A stretch of 64,000 nt of DNA from a virus. Shown here in pieces: positions 8,299 through 17,483 of the stretch. Below the pieces are notes generated by a model, which was not told where the DNA came from, did no database searches, and saw only the letters and a program-made list of their open reading frames with translations. How positions within the stretch are numbered: the stretch's first letter is position 1; each line of letters starts with the position of its first letter. The stretch spans positions 1 to 64,000 of IMG/VR virus record IMGVR_UViG_3300042514_001858. One strand, given 5' to 3'. The position numbers were made by a program, and so were the translations under genes.

Positions 8299-8787
8299 TT
8301 AATTAATCCAATCGGGTTTATTACGCTTCCAAGCATGAATATGCTTCTTATCTAAAATAATATATTTTACGTATTTTTCAGTAGCTGACAGTGACTCGAA
8401 ATTTGGTATTTTCCGACACTCACAATCACCAGCAATGGCAATTGCAAAAGGTTTTAGATCGAAGTCATCAAATCCTAACAAGTGAGCATGATCTTCACAC
8501 CATTCCAATACTGCTTGAGACTTGTGAATCTTACCATAACGTGCTGTGTATTCATCGAAGATAGCATGAGCATGAGCAATCAACCATTGGAAGTTGTCCC
8601 AGCTTGCTCTTGTCCAAATAGATGAGGGATGCGAACGATGCGATGGTTTATAAGGAGCTTCGATACCTTGTTCATGATAAGCAGTACACAAAAGCTGAAC
8701 CGATTCTAAGCCTTGTTTAACACAATGTTTGTCCACTAACCATCTTGCAGATTGATCAGGGTCTAATGACGTGCTGAAGATATTCAT
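8299..8787 (-). CDS. pyrimidine-dimer DNA glycosylase (endonuclease V-like) family protein
   Basis: MNIF...DKHCVK..LESVQLLCTA...YKPSHRSHPSSIW...EYTARYGKIH pattern. Confidence 0.8.
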   Translation of the reverse strand: MNIFSTSLDPDQSARWLVDKHCVKQGLESVQLLCTAYHEQGIEAPYKPSHRSHPSSIWTRASWDNFQWLIAHAHAIFDEYTARYGKIHKSQAVLEWCEDHAHLLGFDDFDLKPFAIAIAGDCECRKIPNFESLSATEKYVKYIILDKKHIHAWKRNKPDWIN

Positions 8788-8793
8788 GGGTGA

Positions 8794-8810
8794 ATTGTAT
8801 TCTAGTTTTT
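8794..8810 (-). promoter_or_regulatory. AAAAACTAG-NN-TACAAT promoter motif
   Basis: 6 nt to ATG(8787). Confidence 0.75.
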
Positions 8811-8881
8811 AATGAGTGATACATCAGTCATAAATCGAGTTAATGTTGTATATACCACACATTATCCTTTCCATAGTGAAT

Positions 8882-8912
8882 AAAAAATGCCCCATATTTC
8901 AGGGGCATTTTT
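8882..8912. terminator. intrinsic terminator (probably bidirectional)
   Basis: AAAAAATGCCCC-loop-GGGGCATTTTT hairpin just downstream of the 8922..9185 gene. Confidence 0.8.
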
Positions 8913-8921
8913 AAGAGTGGA

Positions 8922-9185
8922 TTAGAACGAGCGGATACCGTTCATCCTAATCTCGGTTGCCAAGTCTCGAACATCAACACTTGCCCATTGTGTGGAGTGT
9001 TGGTTCTTAGAAATGGCAACATTAGCTCCTCCACCTAACAAATGGAACGAACCGTCTTTCAACTGCACCATCTGAACTGAAAAAATTTTCGGATGTTTGC
9101 GTTGATCTCGGCTACGAAGCCACTGTTTGTTTTTACGTTGGTTTCTAACTGTTGTTGTTTTTGTTGTTGTTTTATTGTTTTCCAT
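8922..9185 (-). CDS. small basic hypothetical protein, stand-alone transcription unit
   Basis: 87-aa ORF with sigma70-like promoter upstream and terminator downstream. Confidence 0.7.
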   Translation of the reverse strand: MENNKTTTKTTTVRNQRKNKQWLRSRDQRKHPKIFSVQMVQLKDGSFHLLGGGANVAISKNQHSTQWASVDVRDLATEIRMNGIRSF

Positions 9186-9194
9186 AACTTTTTT

Positions 9195-9222
9195 ATATTA
9201 CTATTGTTTTTTGTTTTGTCAA
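9195..9222 (-). promoter_or_regulatory. sigma70-like early promoter
   Basis: TTGACA (9222-9217), 16-nt spacer, TAATAT (9200-9195). Confidence 0.55.
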
Positions 9223-9292
9223 GAAAAATTACCCATGTTTCACTATTTCGCCCTAAAAACAAAAAAATATCACAAATTTGTTAAATACTGAT

Positions 9293-10207
9293 ATGGCTAT
9301 AAGATGGAGCGATGAAGATATTAATAATTTGATAAAATGGTATCCAGAATTTGGTGGTGAATATTGCGCGGAGAAATTAGAAAGAAAAATATCCACAATA
9401 AGATTAAAGGCTTCTAGATTGGGGTTGAGGGTGAAAAATTGTGATAGAACAAAGGTTTCTCAATTAAATACCGAAAGATTTTTAAAATTAAGACAAGATG
9501 TTTTCGATTCTCGAAAAGATTTCTTAAAAAAAGATAAAATAACTCCAGAACAAGCATATTCATTAGGGTTTTTATGGGGTGACGGTCATTTATCAACCCA
9601 AGGCGAAATGCTGTATATTACATTAGAAATAGCAACGGAAGATTTTACTGAAATATTTCCAATTTTGAAATCTTTAGAAATTGGAAAGAAGTGTTGGAAG
9701 ACATATAATAGAAAACGAGCAGAAACATGGAAAGAAACAACTCAGGCTGGTTTATATGACCCATATCTTGGAAAATTTTTAGAATTTTATGATTATAAGA
9801 ATAAGTCTGGTTGTGGTGCTGATAAAATAGTTTCATATATCCCAGAAAAATTACGACATTATTTTTTCAGAGGGTTATTTGATGCTGATGGAACTTTTCA
9901 TTTCAACGAAACGGCTAGTTCACACCGAGCTAGTATATCTTCGGTTTATGATCAAGACTGGAATTTTGTTTTAAATTTTTATAAATCAATTAGTGTTGAT
10001 CATGTGGCTACAATTAGTAGAAATATATCAGCAAATGGATATAAATACTCAAACATTTTTATACATAGGCAGAAATATTTAAATGTTCTTTATGAAAATA
10101 TTTTTGCATCATACACACAAGATAAAATAGGATTGGGTAGAAAACATGAAATTATAAAAGAAATATACGACAACCCGAAACATATAAAATTATTAAAAGA
10201 TCGTTAA
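9293..10207 (+). CDS. LAGLIDADG homing endonuclease (two-motif, free-standing)
   Basis: LGFLWGDGHL and FRGLFDADGTF motifs; antisense to neighbours; start at ATG 9293, 5 nt after TAAATA. Confidence 0.85.
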   Translation: MAIRWSDEDINNLIKWYPEFGGEYCAEKLERKISTIRLKASRLGLRVKNCDRTKVSQLNTERFLKLRQDVFDSRKDFLKKDKITPEQAYSLGFLWGDGHLSTQGEMLYITLEIATEDFTEIFPILKSLEIGKKCWKTYNRKRAETWKETTQAGLYDPYLGKFLEFYDYKNKSGCGADKIVSYIPEKLRHYFFRGLFDADGTFHFNETASSHRASISSVYDQDWNFVLNFYKSISVDHVATISRNISANGYKYSNIFIHRQKYLNVLYENIFASYTQDKIGLGRKHEIIKEIYDNPKHIKLLKDR

Positions 10208-10861
10208 TTATCTAACATGATCAGTCACATAAATCTCTTTGGTTGACATAATATCTCTAATTTCTTCAAAACTCCATATATCTTTTTTCCAATCCCAAGA
10301 GCAATCTAAATATTTTCCCATTTGGAAGTTTGGATTTCTCGTTTTATCATTATTATGGCTATGACCATGTAAATGCCACGAACCTCTGGAACATTGGTTA
10401 TGCGTTCTCAATGGGAAATGATTTAAAACAATTCTAATTTTTCCAACCTGAATTTCTTGATGGTTCCCCATAAAAGTTAAATTATTCAACCTGAGTGGAT
10501 ACACTTCAATGTCAGATTTACCATATTGATCCATTACGGCATTTTTATAGATACGATACATTTGTGATTCATGATTCCCAAAAAGAACCATAACATTCTG
10601 ACACATGATATTATTCCACCAATTTAACACTTGATTATCTGTTGCTGACAAAAAGCTATCGCCAATCACCCATAAAAAATCATCTTCTTTAACTCTCGCA
10701 TTGATTTTGCTCACCACATCATCCACAGATTCTTGAGGGGAATTATAACCTCTCATTTTCCAAATGGGAATGTCCCATTTCGGATCGTGGTAATTATGCC
10801 AATCGCTTGAAAAAAAGATTTTGTTTCTATCTTCCCATTTGTGTTTGATATTTTTATTCAC
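10208..10861 (-). CDS. calcineurin-like metallophosphoesterase
   Basis: SDWH, IGD, GNHE, NHFP, HGHSH motifs; likely GTG start at 10861. Confidence 0.85.
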   Translation of the reverse strand: MNKNIKHKWEDRNKIFFSSDWHNYHDPKWDIPIWKMRGYNSPQESVDDVVSKINARVKEDDFLWVIGDSFLSATDNQVLNWWNNIMCQNVMVLFGNHESQMYRIYKNAVMDQYGKSDIEVYPLRLNNLTFMGNHQEIQVGKIRIVLNHFPLRTHNQCSRGSWHLHGHSHNNDKTRNPNFQMGKYLDCSWDWKKDIWSFEEIRDIMSTKEIYVTDHVR

Positions 10862-11108
10862 TTTGTTTAATTTTTTCAATAATATCATCAATACCTTGAA
10901 TGATTTCAAAGGTATCACCATCTTCCACTACCAAACATGGAACATTACGAATACCATGTTTTTTGAACCATTCAATGTTTTGTGGATCATTGTAATTTTT
11001 AATTTCCACAGTTAATTCCAATTTCTCCAGTCTTGCTTTAAGCAAGTGACATGGACCGCAAGTTGCACTCGTAGCCAATATAAAATTTTTATTTATTTTT
11101 TCCAACAT
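10854..11108 (-). CDS. glutaredoxin/thioredoxin-like protein
   Basis: CGPC active site and RNVP cis-Pro motif. Confidence 0.85.
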   Translation of the reverse strand: MLEKINKNFILATSATCGPCHLLKARLEKLELTVEIKNYNDPQNIEWFKKHGIRNVPCLVVEDGDTFEIIQGIDDIIEKIKQSE

Positions 11109-11117
11109 ATTTTTTGG

Positions 11118-12212
11118 TTAATTTTTGTGTTCCAATTCTAAGATTTTCTCCATTGCTTTGCGCACGATTTTATCATCAATGTCACGCTTGTCAAGCAAAA
11201 TAAATGCAATCGGAGTCTTCCAATCGCGAAACTCTTCCTGAATCGCCATTGCTTGTTCTTTGCGAGTTTCATAATTCCGAATAAAAGGAATTCGCTCATT
11301 CATATTATCTACACACTTTACGAATTTAGTATAGGCATCGGTAATCAATTTAGCCTCGTCTTTGATTTTCTCTGCTACTTCGAAGTCGATGTGATTGACA
11401 GTATAGTTATAAAAATCTTGATAATCAATGAATCTTGGAGATTCTAAAAAGAATTCTAAAACATGAGAAGTGCTACGCAATCCAGTTGCCAATCGGTGAA
11501 CAGAACAATACCAACTGCCCTTTGCCTTGCGCATTTTTCCAGATTCAGAGTATAAAACAACACCCTCTTTACCTACCCACATTTCAACATCTTCAAGACA
11601 TTCTTGAATAGAGTCGTAGGAATATTTTGCAGGTCTGTCGATTTCAAGAGTGATAGCCAACTGATCTAAATATTCTTGTGTCGCCATCCATCCAGAATCT
11701 TTTTTAATTATTCCAATCAAAGACAATTTCGGTTCGGGAAAACCACCAATAACAATCACATTGCTATTAGTTTGCCACTCACATAAAAATGTAAATTCAG
11801 AATTACTCTCAACGTCTTTGATAAATTCAAAAAACTTTTTATATTTTTTGATTAAAAAATCAATCTCATGACCATTAGGCATTTGTCTCGCATCTGCTGT
11901 GCCTCTAGTTCTGTGCAATAGATTGCCCTTGTATTGATCACAAATAAGCAAGCTACCATCTAATTTCTCGTAAGCGACAAAAGGTTCATCCAGAGGAAAT
12001 TTATCCAAATCTGGCTGCTCCGTATAATTGAAAAACTTTGAGAACGAACGCGATACGATAAAATTATCAGAGACGCGAACGATCATCGAACGAAATTTCA
12101 TTGTATCTTCCGTCCACTTCACTCCGATTTCTTTCGGCGTAATGAGCCAACATTCGTCACCAGCGATGACGCAATCTTTGTAATTAAATTCTTCTTTGTC
12201 TGGTAGTTTCAT
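11118..12212 (-). CDS. RNA ligase, T4 Rnl1-like
   Basis: SRSFSKFFN, EKLDGSL (motif I), EGVV, KAK; start trimmed to MKLPDK. Confidence 0.85.
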   Translation of the reverse strand: MKLPDKEEFNYKDCVIAGDECWLITPKEIGVKWTEDTMKFRSMIVRVSDNFIVSRSFSKFFNYTEQPDLDKFPLDEPFVAYEKLDGSLLICDQYKGNLLHRTRGTADARQMPNGHEIDFLIKKYKKFFEFIKDVESNSEFTFLCEWQTNSNVIVIGGFPEPKLSLIGIIKKDSGWMATQEYLDQLAITLEIDRPAKYSYDSIQECLEDVEMWVGKEGVVLYSESGKMRKAKGSWYCSVHRLATGLRSTSHVLEFFLESPRFIDYQDFYNYTVNHIDFEVAEKIKDEAKLITDAYTKFVKCVDNMNERIPFIRNYETRKEQAMAIQEEFRDWKTPIAFILLDKRDIDDKIVRKAMEKILELEHKN

Positions 12213-12213
12213 A

Positions 12214-12606
12214 TTAATAGCTGACTTTTCCAAGTCGATCTTCAATTGATTTGCCGCGAGTTTTTCCGTTGATTAAAACGAACTTCTTTTTATTTTTACC
12301 ATACCAACGCTCCTCATCTTCTTTTGTTTGCAAACATTGATTCGGCAATTCCCACTGTCTATCTTTTAATCTTTCTTTTATAACCTCTTCGATTTGAATC
12401 TGCGCCTCTTCAGGGATTTCCCATTTTTGGTTACGCTCCTTCCAAGCCATCTCGATACTCCAACGAATAAAGTCCTCTGATTCTTTGACAAACTCTTGTT
12501 CGCAAAGTTGAATATTCATCCAATCATCAACATACCCATTCCACATTTTGATTTCGGGATTGCCTTTGATTTTTTGAAGCTGTTCAATTAATTGATTTTT
12601 TTTCAT
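12214..12606 (-). CDS. hypothetical protein
   Basis: 130-aa ORF. Confidence 0.7.
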   Translation of the reverse strand: MKKNQLIEQLQKIKGNPEIKMWNGYVDDWMNIQLCEQEFVKESEDFIRWSIEMAWKERNQKWEIPEEAQIQIEEVIKERLKDRQWELPNQCLQTKEDEERWYGKNKKKFVLINGKTRGKSIEDRLGKVSY

Positions 12607-12609
12607 AAT

Positions 12610-12948
12610 TTAAACATAGTCTTCTACTTTGTATAAGCTATTATCAGTTGTAACGTAAGTCACGCCATTCCGCTCTTCCACATTCCGAACAATCGAGCTA
12701 TGGAAAACGCCACGCATTTCAACCAATGCTCCTGTAACGTCAGATCGGAAAAATCGATCCATGAGAATCGGAGAATCACATTTAATTTCACCGATTAATT
12801 CACCGACCATTTCATAAGAAATTGGTGGTGATTTTCCCTCGTAAATAGAGAACCAACCGTTTTCCTGATCTTTACGATATTCTTCGATTGTTTGCGCTTG
12901 AAGCACAAGACTGTCGGGATTTATGTCTATTTTCGTTAATCTTTTCAT
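12610..12948 (-). CDS. hypothetical protein
   Basis: 112-aa ORF; motif promoter upstream. Confidence 0.7.
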   Translation of the reverse strand: MKRLTKIDINPDSLVLQAQTIEEYRKDQENGWFSIYEGKSPPISYEMVGELIGEIKCDSPILMDRFFRSDVTGALVEMRGVFHSSIVRNVEERNGVTYVTTDNSLYKVEDYV

Positions 12949-12954
12949 GCTATT

Positions 12955-12971
12955 ATTGTAATCTAGTTTTT
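12955..12971 (-). promoter_or_regulatory. AAAAACTAG-NN-TACAAT promoter motif
   Basis: 6 nt to ATG(12948). Confidence 0.75.
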
Positions 12972-12986
12972 ATCTTTCTTCAATAC

Positions 12987-13454
12987 TCATACTCCACGAC
13001 TTTTCAAAATGTATTCAATTACTTTCTTTGTCTCTGCTTGAATATGTTTAACATCTTTCAAAATATTCTGTAGATGATCGGTATCGCAATTCTTTAGGAG
13101 AACGTATTTCAGAGGTGATTTACCATCTTTACCATAAGTCCCCCAAATAAAATTATCCATTTTCTCTTCGATGCTATCACAATTTGGACGTTCTTCAGGT
13201 GGTAGGATTCTACCTTGTTTCACATCCCAAACACCATTGATTTCTTTTCGATTATATTTGTTATAAATTTCTGCGAAATCAGCATTAAATTCGAACCAGA
13301 CTGTCTCACCATCAAAAGAAAAGCGATTATAACCTCCATAAAAATTCGTATGAGGTTGACCACCATCGCACATCATGTCGCCATGAGTAACGTAATGATA
13401 ATGGTGAAGCGATGCGATGAATTTCTCACCATCTGTTTTTCCTAAAAGTTTCAT
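12987..13454 (-). CDS. conserved hypothetical phage protein
   Basis: 155-aa ORF with WGTYGKDGKSPL...DTDHLQNIL pattern; motif promoter upstream. Confidence 0.7.
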   Translation of the reverse strand: MKLLGKTDGEKFIASLHHYHYVTHGDMMCDGGQPHTNFYGGYNRFSFDGETVWFEFNADFAEIYNKYNRKEINGVWDVKQGRILPPEERPNCDSIEEKMDNFIWGTYGKDGKSPLKYVLLKNCDTDHLQNILKDVKHIQAETKKVIEYILKSRGV

Positions 13455-13460
13455 GATTAT

Positions 13461-13477
13461 AGTATACCTTAGTTTTT
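13461..13477 (-). promoter_or_regulatory. AAAAACTAA-NN-TATACT promoter motif (variant)
   Basis: 6 nt to ATG(13454). Confidence 0.7.
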
Positions 13478-13696
13478 ATTTTTTCACATTAAATTTAAGT
13501 TCATTATTAGTAGCTGGTCTTGTTCTTATAATAGGTATAATTACAAAATTTGGCACTTTTTTCAAAACATCAGGCATTTCTACAATCTCCACAGGAACTT
13601 TGTCGCAGCTAGGTATCACGCCTTTAGAAGAATATTCGACTGGTTTGACAGTATCGAATTTTTCTGAGAAAATACTCCACAGTAAGATTAATAATT

Positions 13697-14179
13697 TCAT
13701 CGTTTGCGGCGTAATAATAACAACATACCTAAGAATGAAAGACCAACAACAGAAGGTTCTGGAATTGTTACACAAGAAGGTACGTATTCCTTTGCAAATG
13801 TCTCTGTCCTTGCGTATTTAACAGCGACATCACCAATCTCTGGAGCATTGGGGCTATCAAAAGTAAACCATAATTGCTTATCGTTGTTATCGTCCTCAAT
13901 ACTATCGAATTTAAAAAATCTATCTCCCAATTCTTCAGTGAAGCGTATGTTCGATCTAGCGTTAAGAATTTTTGCATCCTCACAAAAGAAAATTTCAAAG
14001 TTAGAAATATCGTAAGTAGTAAATAGCTCAGGTGTGATATTGTAGCTATATGTGTATAGTCCAATCCCATTATAAACTACGCTTGATGATACGTATGTGT
14101 CATCGTAAGTAGTTGTGACTCTAGCATTTGCGGCATTTGTCGCGATTAATAAGCTTAGTAATAGTAATTTTAATTTCAT
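13697..14179 (-). CDS. PEP-CTERM sorting-domain protein
   Basis: N-terminal signal peptide (MKLKLLLLSLLIATNAANA) and C-terminal IPEPS + TM helix + RRKR. Confidence 0.9.
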   Translation of the reverse strand: MKLKLLLLSLLIATNAANARVTTTYDDTYVSSSVVYNGIGLYTYSYNITPELFTTYDISNFEIFFCEDAKILNARSNIRFTEELGDRFFKFDSIEDDNNDKQLWFTFDSPNAPEIGDVAVKYARTETFAKEYVPSCVTIPEPSVVGLSFLGMLLLLRRKR

Positions 14180-14219
14180 TTTAATATTTGTTCTTTTATT
14201 TATTTATTTGTTTCCTGCT

Positions 14220-14447
14220 TTAATAAGTTTCATTGTTTTGTTTGTTAAATTCATCTAATGCCATCCATCCTGCTTTGTTTATTTGATGTGGTAATTCATT
14301 TACCTTTTTCAAAAGCATTGTCATTGTAGTATCGTCATCATGCTCTCCTTCTGCTCTCTTGGCACACCAGTGTGACAAATTGTGCAGAGCTTCAATAAGA
14401 CGAGCGTGTCTTGCTGTGTAAAGTGTTTTGTCTTGCTCGAAGGACAT
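14220..14447 (-). CDS. hypothetical protein
   Basis: 75-aa ORF. Confidence 0.6.
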   Translation of the reverse strand: MSFEQDKTLYTARHARLIEALHNLSHWCAKRAEGEHDDDTTMTMLLKKVNELPHQINKAGWMALDEFNKQNNETY

Positions 14448-14540
14448 AATATTTAAAATTTAATTCCCGCTTCTCTCAAAGCGTAATGTATATTGTTGGT
14501 AATCAAAATGTCCTCCACTCATAATTATTTATATCGTCAG

Positions 14541-15254
14541 TTATGGCGAGTTATGGCGAGTATAACCATATTTGCACATTTGTGCTATTGAGAGAGTCCT
14601 TAACCATCCATTTTTAGAACATAAATATCCTCTCTCGCCAGTTTCTTCACAGATTTTATCTGACATCTTCTCTGCAAATGATACCATGCCTTCTATCCTT
14701 CCGTCCCCACCACTGTAGTAGAATCTGAGGGTTCCGAATTTCTCTTTGACTTGTTGGATAGTAACTGGTGGAATTGTTTTCTTTGTGAATCTTCTTGTTG
14801 GTCTTAGAAATGAATTAAGTTTCCACACACGGCGAACCAACTGTGTTAGAATTGGCGATGCCTTTCTCAATTCATCAGCTTTACTAGCTGGAAGAAATCC
14901 CGATGGAGGATATACTACGGGATCGATAGCTCTGGAGACATACGTCAGAATTTGATGGATAAACAAATACTTGTGAATCCAACTACATACTGCATGGTAT
15001 TTGACGTATTTGGGAATCCATGTTTTGTTATTCTCAACATGATGGTTAATAGATTCGCATAGAGTTTCCACCATAGGTTGCCATCCAACTGGACACCATG
15101 CTCCACAATCAGGTTGTTTTGGTTTCCCATCAGCATCCTTTGGAAAAAGTTGTGGATATGCTGCCATCAGACGTTCTGAAAACCTTTCTTGAATCATTTC
15201 TTCATTTGTAAAATAACTCATCATCTCTCCTACGCTTTTAAATGTTTCGCTCAT
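14541..15254 (-). CDS. conserved hypothetical phage protein
   Basis: GW...QVKEKFGTLRFYY...ICEETG pattern common in phages. Confidence 0.75.
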   Translation of the reverse strand: MSETFKSVGEMMSYFTNEEMIQERFSERLMAAYPQLFPKDADGKPKQPDCGAWCPVGWQPMVETLCESINHHVENNKTWIPKYVKYHAVCSWIHKYLFIHQILTYVSRAIDPVVYPPSGFLPASKADELRKASPILTQLVRRVWKLNSFLRPTRRFTKKTIPPVTIQQVKEKFGTLRFYYSGGDGRIEGMVSFAEKMSDKICEETGERGYLCSKNGWLRTLSIAQMCKYGYTRHNSP

Positions 15255-15255
15255 A

Positions 15256-15591
15256 TTATTCTTCTACTATTCCAAGTTCAATTACGCTCGCCATTGCCAA
15301 GTCGTAACACTTTGTTATTTTAGACCATTCTCCAGTTTTGTCAAGTCGAATTCGGTATTTATTATTTGTCCAAATATCTTCGGGCATTTCAATACGATCA
15401 TCATCAAAGCGGTTTTTGATTTTTCCAAGTATTTTAATGTTCATCTTATCAATACGATCCGCTCTTTCCAAAGCTTTTTGTGCCGCTCGTCTCAATTGTT
15501 CTGCTGTAGCAAACCCAGCAACCATGCCAATGTGATTTATAATAATGTCCCCCTCGTAAATGTCTTTTCCATTCTCTTGTTCTGTATTCAT
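15256..15591 (-). CDS. hypothetical, possibly chimeric protein with YopX fragment
   Basis: N-terminal ENGKDIYEGDII; 25-nt identity to YopX gene at 16810-16834. Confidence 0.55.
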   Translation of the reverse strand: MNTEQENGKDIYEGDIIINHIGMVAGFATAEQLRRAAQKALERADRIDKMNIKILGKIKNRFDDDRIEMPEDIWTNNKYRIRLDKTGEWSKITKCYDLAMASVIELGIVEE

Positions 15592-15594
15592 AGA

Positions 15595-16041
15595 TTATTT
15601 TTTTGTAATTTTTAATCCTAGCTTGGCGGCTTTTTCAGTTAATTCATCCATTTGTTTTTGAATTGTATATTTTTCGTAAGTAACTAAATCTTTTTTGTAT
15701 TGAATCATATCTGCTTCGTATTCTTTCATGTGTTGAGCATAGTCATCACGTTCAACTTTATACCAACGCAGATTGTTTTGATATTGTTTTTCATCTTGTT
15801 GGAGATTGCGTTCTGTTTTTTGAATTTTAATTCGTTTATATATACACGAATTGGCGCAGATCAATTCTTCGCCAGCGTTATCTTTTTGAATCTTTGCAAG
15901 TTTTTGAATAATATACTCAATTGGTTTGCTAGTTATTGTAGAAAACCCTATTAGAGGTATGTCTTTATAATAATAAGACTTGGGTTTATTTGGTCTGATC
16001 CAGTATTTTTCTGGTTTTATTGGTATGAAAGGATAATGCAT
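15595..16041 (-). CDS. hypothetical protein (coiled-coil C-terminus)
   Basis: 148-aa ORF. Confidence 0.65.
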   Translation of the reverse strand: MHYPFIPIKPEKYWIRPNKPKSYYYKDIPLIGFSTITSKPIEYIIQKLAKIQKDNAGEELICANSCIYKRIKIQKTERNLQQDEKQYQNNLRWYKVERDDYAQHMKEYEADMIQYKKDLVTYEKYTIQKQMDELTEKAAKLGLKITKK

Positions 16042-16063
16042 ATTAGCGTGTGTTTATATTATT

Positions 16064-16294
16064 TTAATATTTGTTCTCTTTTCCAAAAATTGTTTCCATT
16101 GTTTTCATTTGCTCTAGCGTTTCGCTAATTTCTTCTTCACTGATTTGTTCATCATCTTGATTACAAATGCGAAACCGATAGGGCAACTCCCTTACCAATT
16201 CCATGATGGGCATCAAATAGCGGCGATAGTCACCCATCGTCCAAGTTTGCCCCCCATCGTCGGAGTATTCGTAGTAATAGTATTTGTGTTTCAT
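16064..16294 (-). CDS. hypothetical protein
   Basis: 76-aa ORF, ATGA overlap. Confidence 0.6.
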   Translation of the reverse strand: MKHKYYYYEYSDDGGQTWTMGDYRRYLMPIMELVRELPYRFRICNQDDEQISEEEISETLEQMKTMETIFGKENKY

Positions 16295-16644
16295 TGTTTT
16301 AAAAGCTCAGGGTTCTCGTGAATGTTACCAATGACTTCGTAATCCTCCAAAATGTCTGGTGATAAACTGTATGCGTGGTCATAAAGTGGACCATCACCAT
16401 CTATCATGAATGAACCTGCTGCAAAAAACACATGCCCGATATTAGCCTCTCCATCACTACCATCATGTTCTTCAGCTAGAATATCACCCTCATACACCTC
16501 TTTACCAGAAGTCGTTTTCATTCCAGTGAATTGCAGAGGTATGAATTCCTTGTGACCAAATCGCATAACCATTTCCCATGAATACGCTCTATCACTCATT
16601 CTTTTAGTATCAGAGTGATACGTTTTAAATTTAATTTCTCTCAT
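16291..16644 (-). CDS. YopX family protein
   Basis: MREIKFK...QFTGMK..GKEVYEGDIL...EVIGNIHENPELL. Confidence 0.85.
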   Translation of the reverse strand: MREIKFKTYHSDTKRMSDRAYSWEMVMRFGHKEFIPLQFTGMKTTSGKEVYEGDILAEEHDGSDGEANIGHVFFAAGSFMIDGDGPLYDHAYSLSPDILEDYEVIGNIHENPELLKQ

Positions 16645-16982
16645 TTTTGTAATAGTTCTGGATTTTCGTGGATGTTACCAATGATTTCGTGTTCAATTGC
16701 CCAATCTTTTGAAGCAATATCTTCATCAATCATAAATGAACCGTCATCGAAGGATACTATACTAACACCATTACCAACTTTATGTATTCCTCCATATGAT
16801 AAGATATCTCCCTCGTAAATGTCTTTTCCATTCTTATCTTTAAGACCAATAAATTGTTGAAAATCATACTCTTCTACAGGGTTCATGTCATACATCTGCC
16901 ACTCCACGATATCAAAGTTGGCGAATGGTTTCCATTCCTTCTCAACCTTATCCCAAACTCTAAATTTTATTTCTCTTCGCAT
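16641..16982 (-). CDS. YopX family protein
   Basis: EIKFRVWD...QFIGLKDKNGKDIYEGDIL...IIGNIHENPELL. Confidence 0.9.
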   Translation of the reverse strand: MRREIKFRVWDKVEKEWKPFANFDIVEWQMYDMNPVEEYDFQQFIGLKDKNGKDIYEGDILSYGGIHKVGNGVSIVSFDDGSFMIDEDIASKDWAIEHEIIGNIHENPELLQK

Positions 16983-17152
16983 ATTGAAAATAAATCTTTA
17001 ACGGTGTCTTCGTTGAAGGTTTGATGGATTAAAATTGTTTTAAATGTTAGAATCCAATCATCGACATTTGAGTGTCGATTCATGGTGATTCGAAGCTCAT
17101 TATCAGATGATGGGTCGGAAACGGTAATTATTATTGTTTGTTGTTGATTCAT
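16967..17152 (-). CDS. hypothetical protein
   Basis: 61-aa ORF, ATGA overlap. Confidence 0.55.
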   Translation of the reverse strand: MNQQQTIIITVSDPSSDNELRITMNRHSNVDDWILTFKTILIHQTFNEDTVKDLFSICEEK

Positions 17153-17460
17153 TTTTTAATGTTTTTAGGTGCTTCTTTTATTGCTTCTTCTGGCAACGGA
17201 GGGCATTTTTGATACTGCCACCATTCACTCCCATGATATTCGCCGCGATCACTCCATGAGCCATCGTTATACCAAATTGTGCCGAAGAGTTCTTGACTCC
17301 CATAGCCGCTATTATAGTCAAAGTCGAGACGAGGAAGTACCTCTTCAAGAGTTCCCTCGATCTTTATGTTACTATCTCCCCAGTCGAGTTCGTGGTTGAT
17401 TTGAACATACTTTACTTCACGGTCTTTGATATGTTTTAATAATTCTTCTTTAGCATTCAT
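17149..17460 (-). CDS. conserved hypothetical phage protein
   Basis: YNSGYGSQELFGTIWYNDGSWSDRGEYHGSEWW pattern. Confidence 0.75.
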   Translation of the reverse strand: MNAKEELLKHIKDREVKYVQINHELDWGDSNIKIEGTLEEVLPRLDFDYNSGYGSQELFGTIWYNDGSWSDRGEYHGSEWWQYQKCPPLPEEAIKEAPKNIKK

Positions 17461-17483
17461 AGTGTTTTTATTAATTTGTTCGT

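Noticed and set aside
13476-13775. ORF 13476..13775 as given in the track
   Set aside because: TTG-type start overlaps the PEP-CTERM gene; only the part from MKLLILLW (~13700) is plausible and I cannot assign a function
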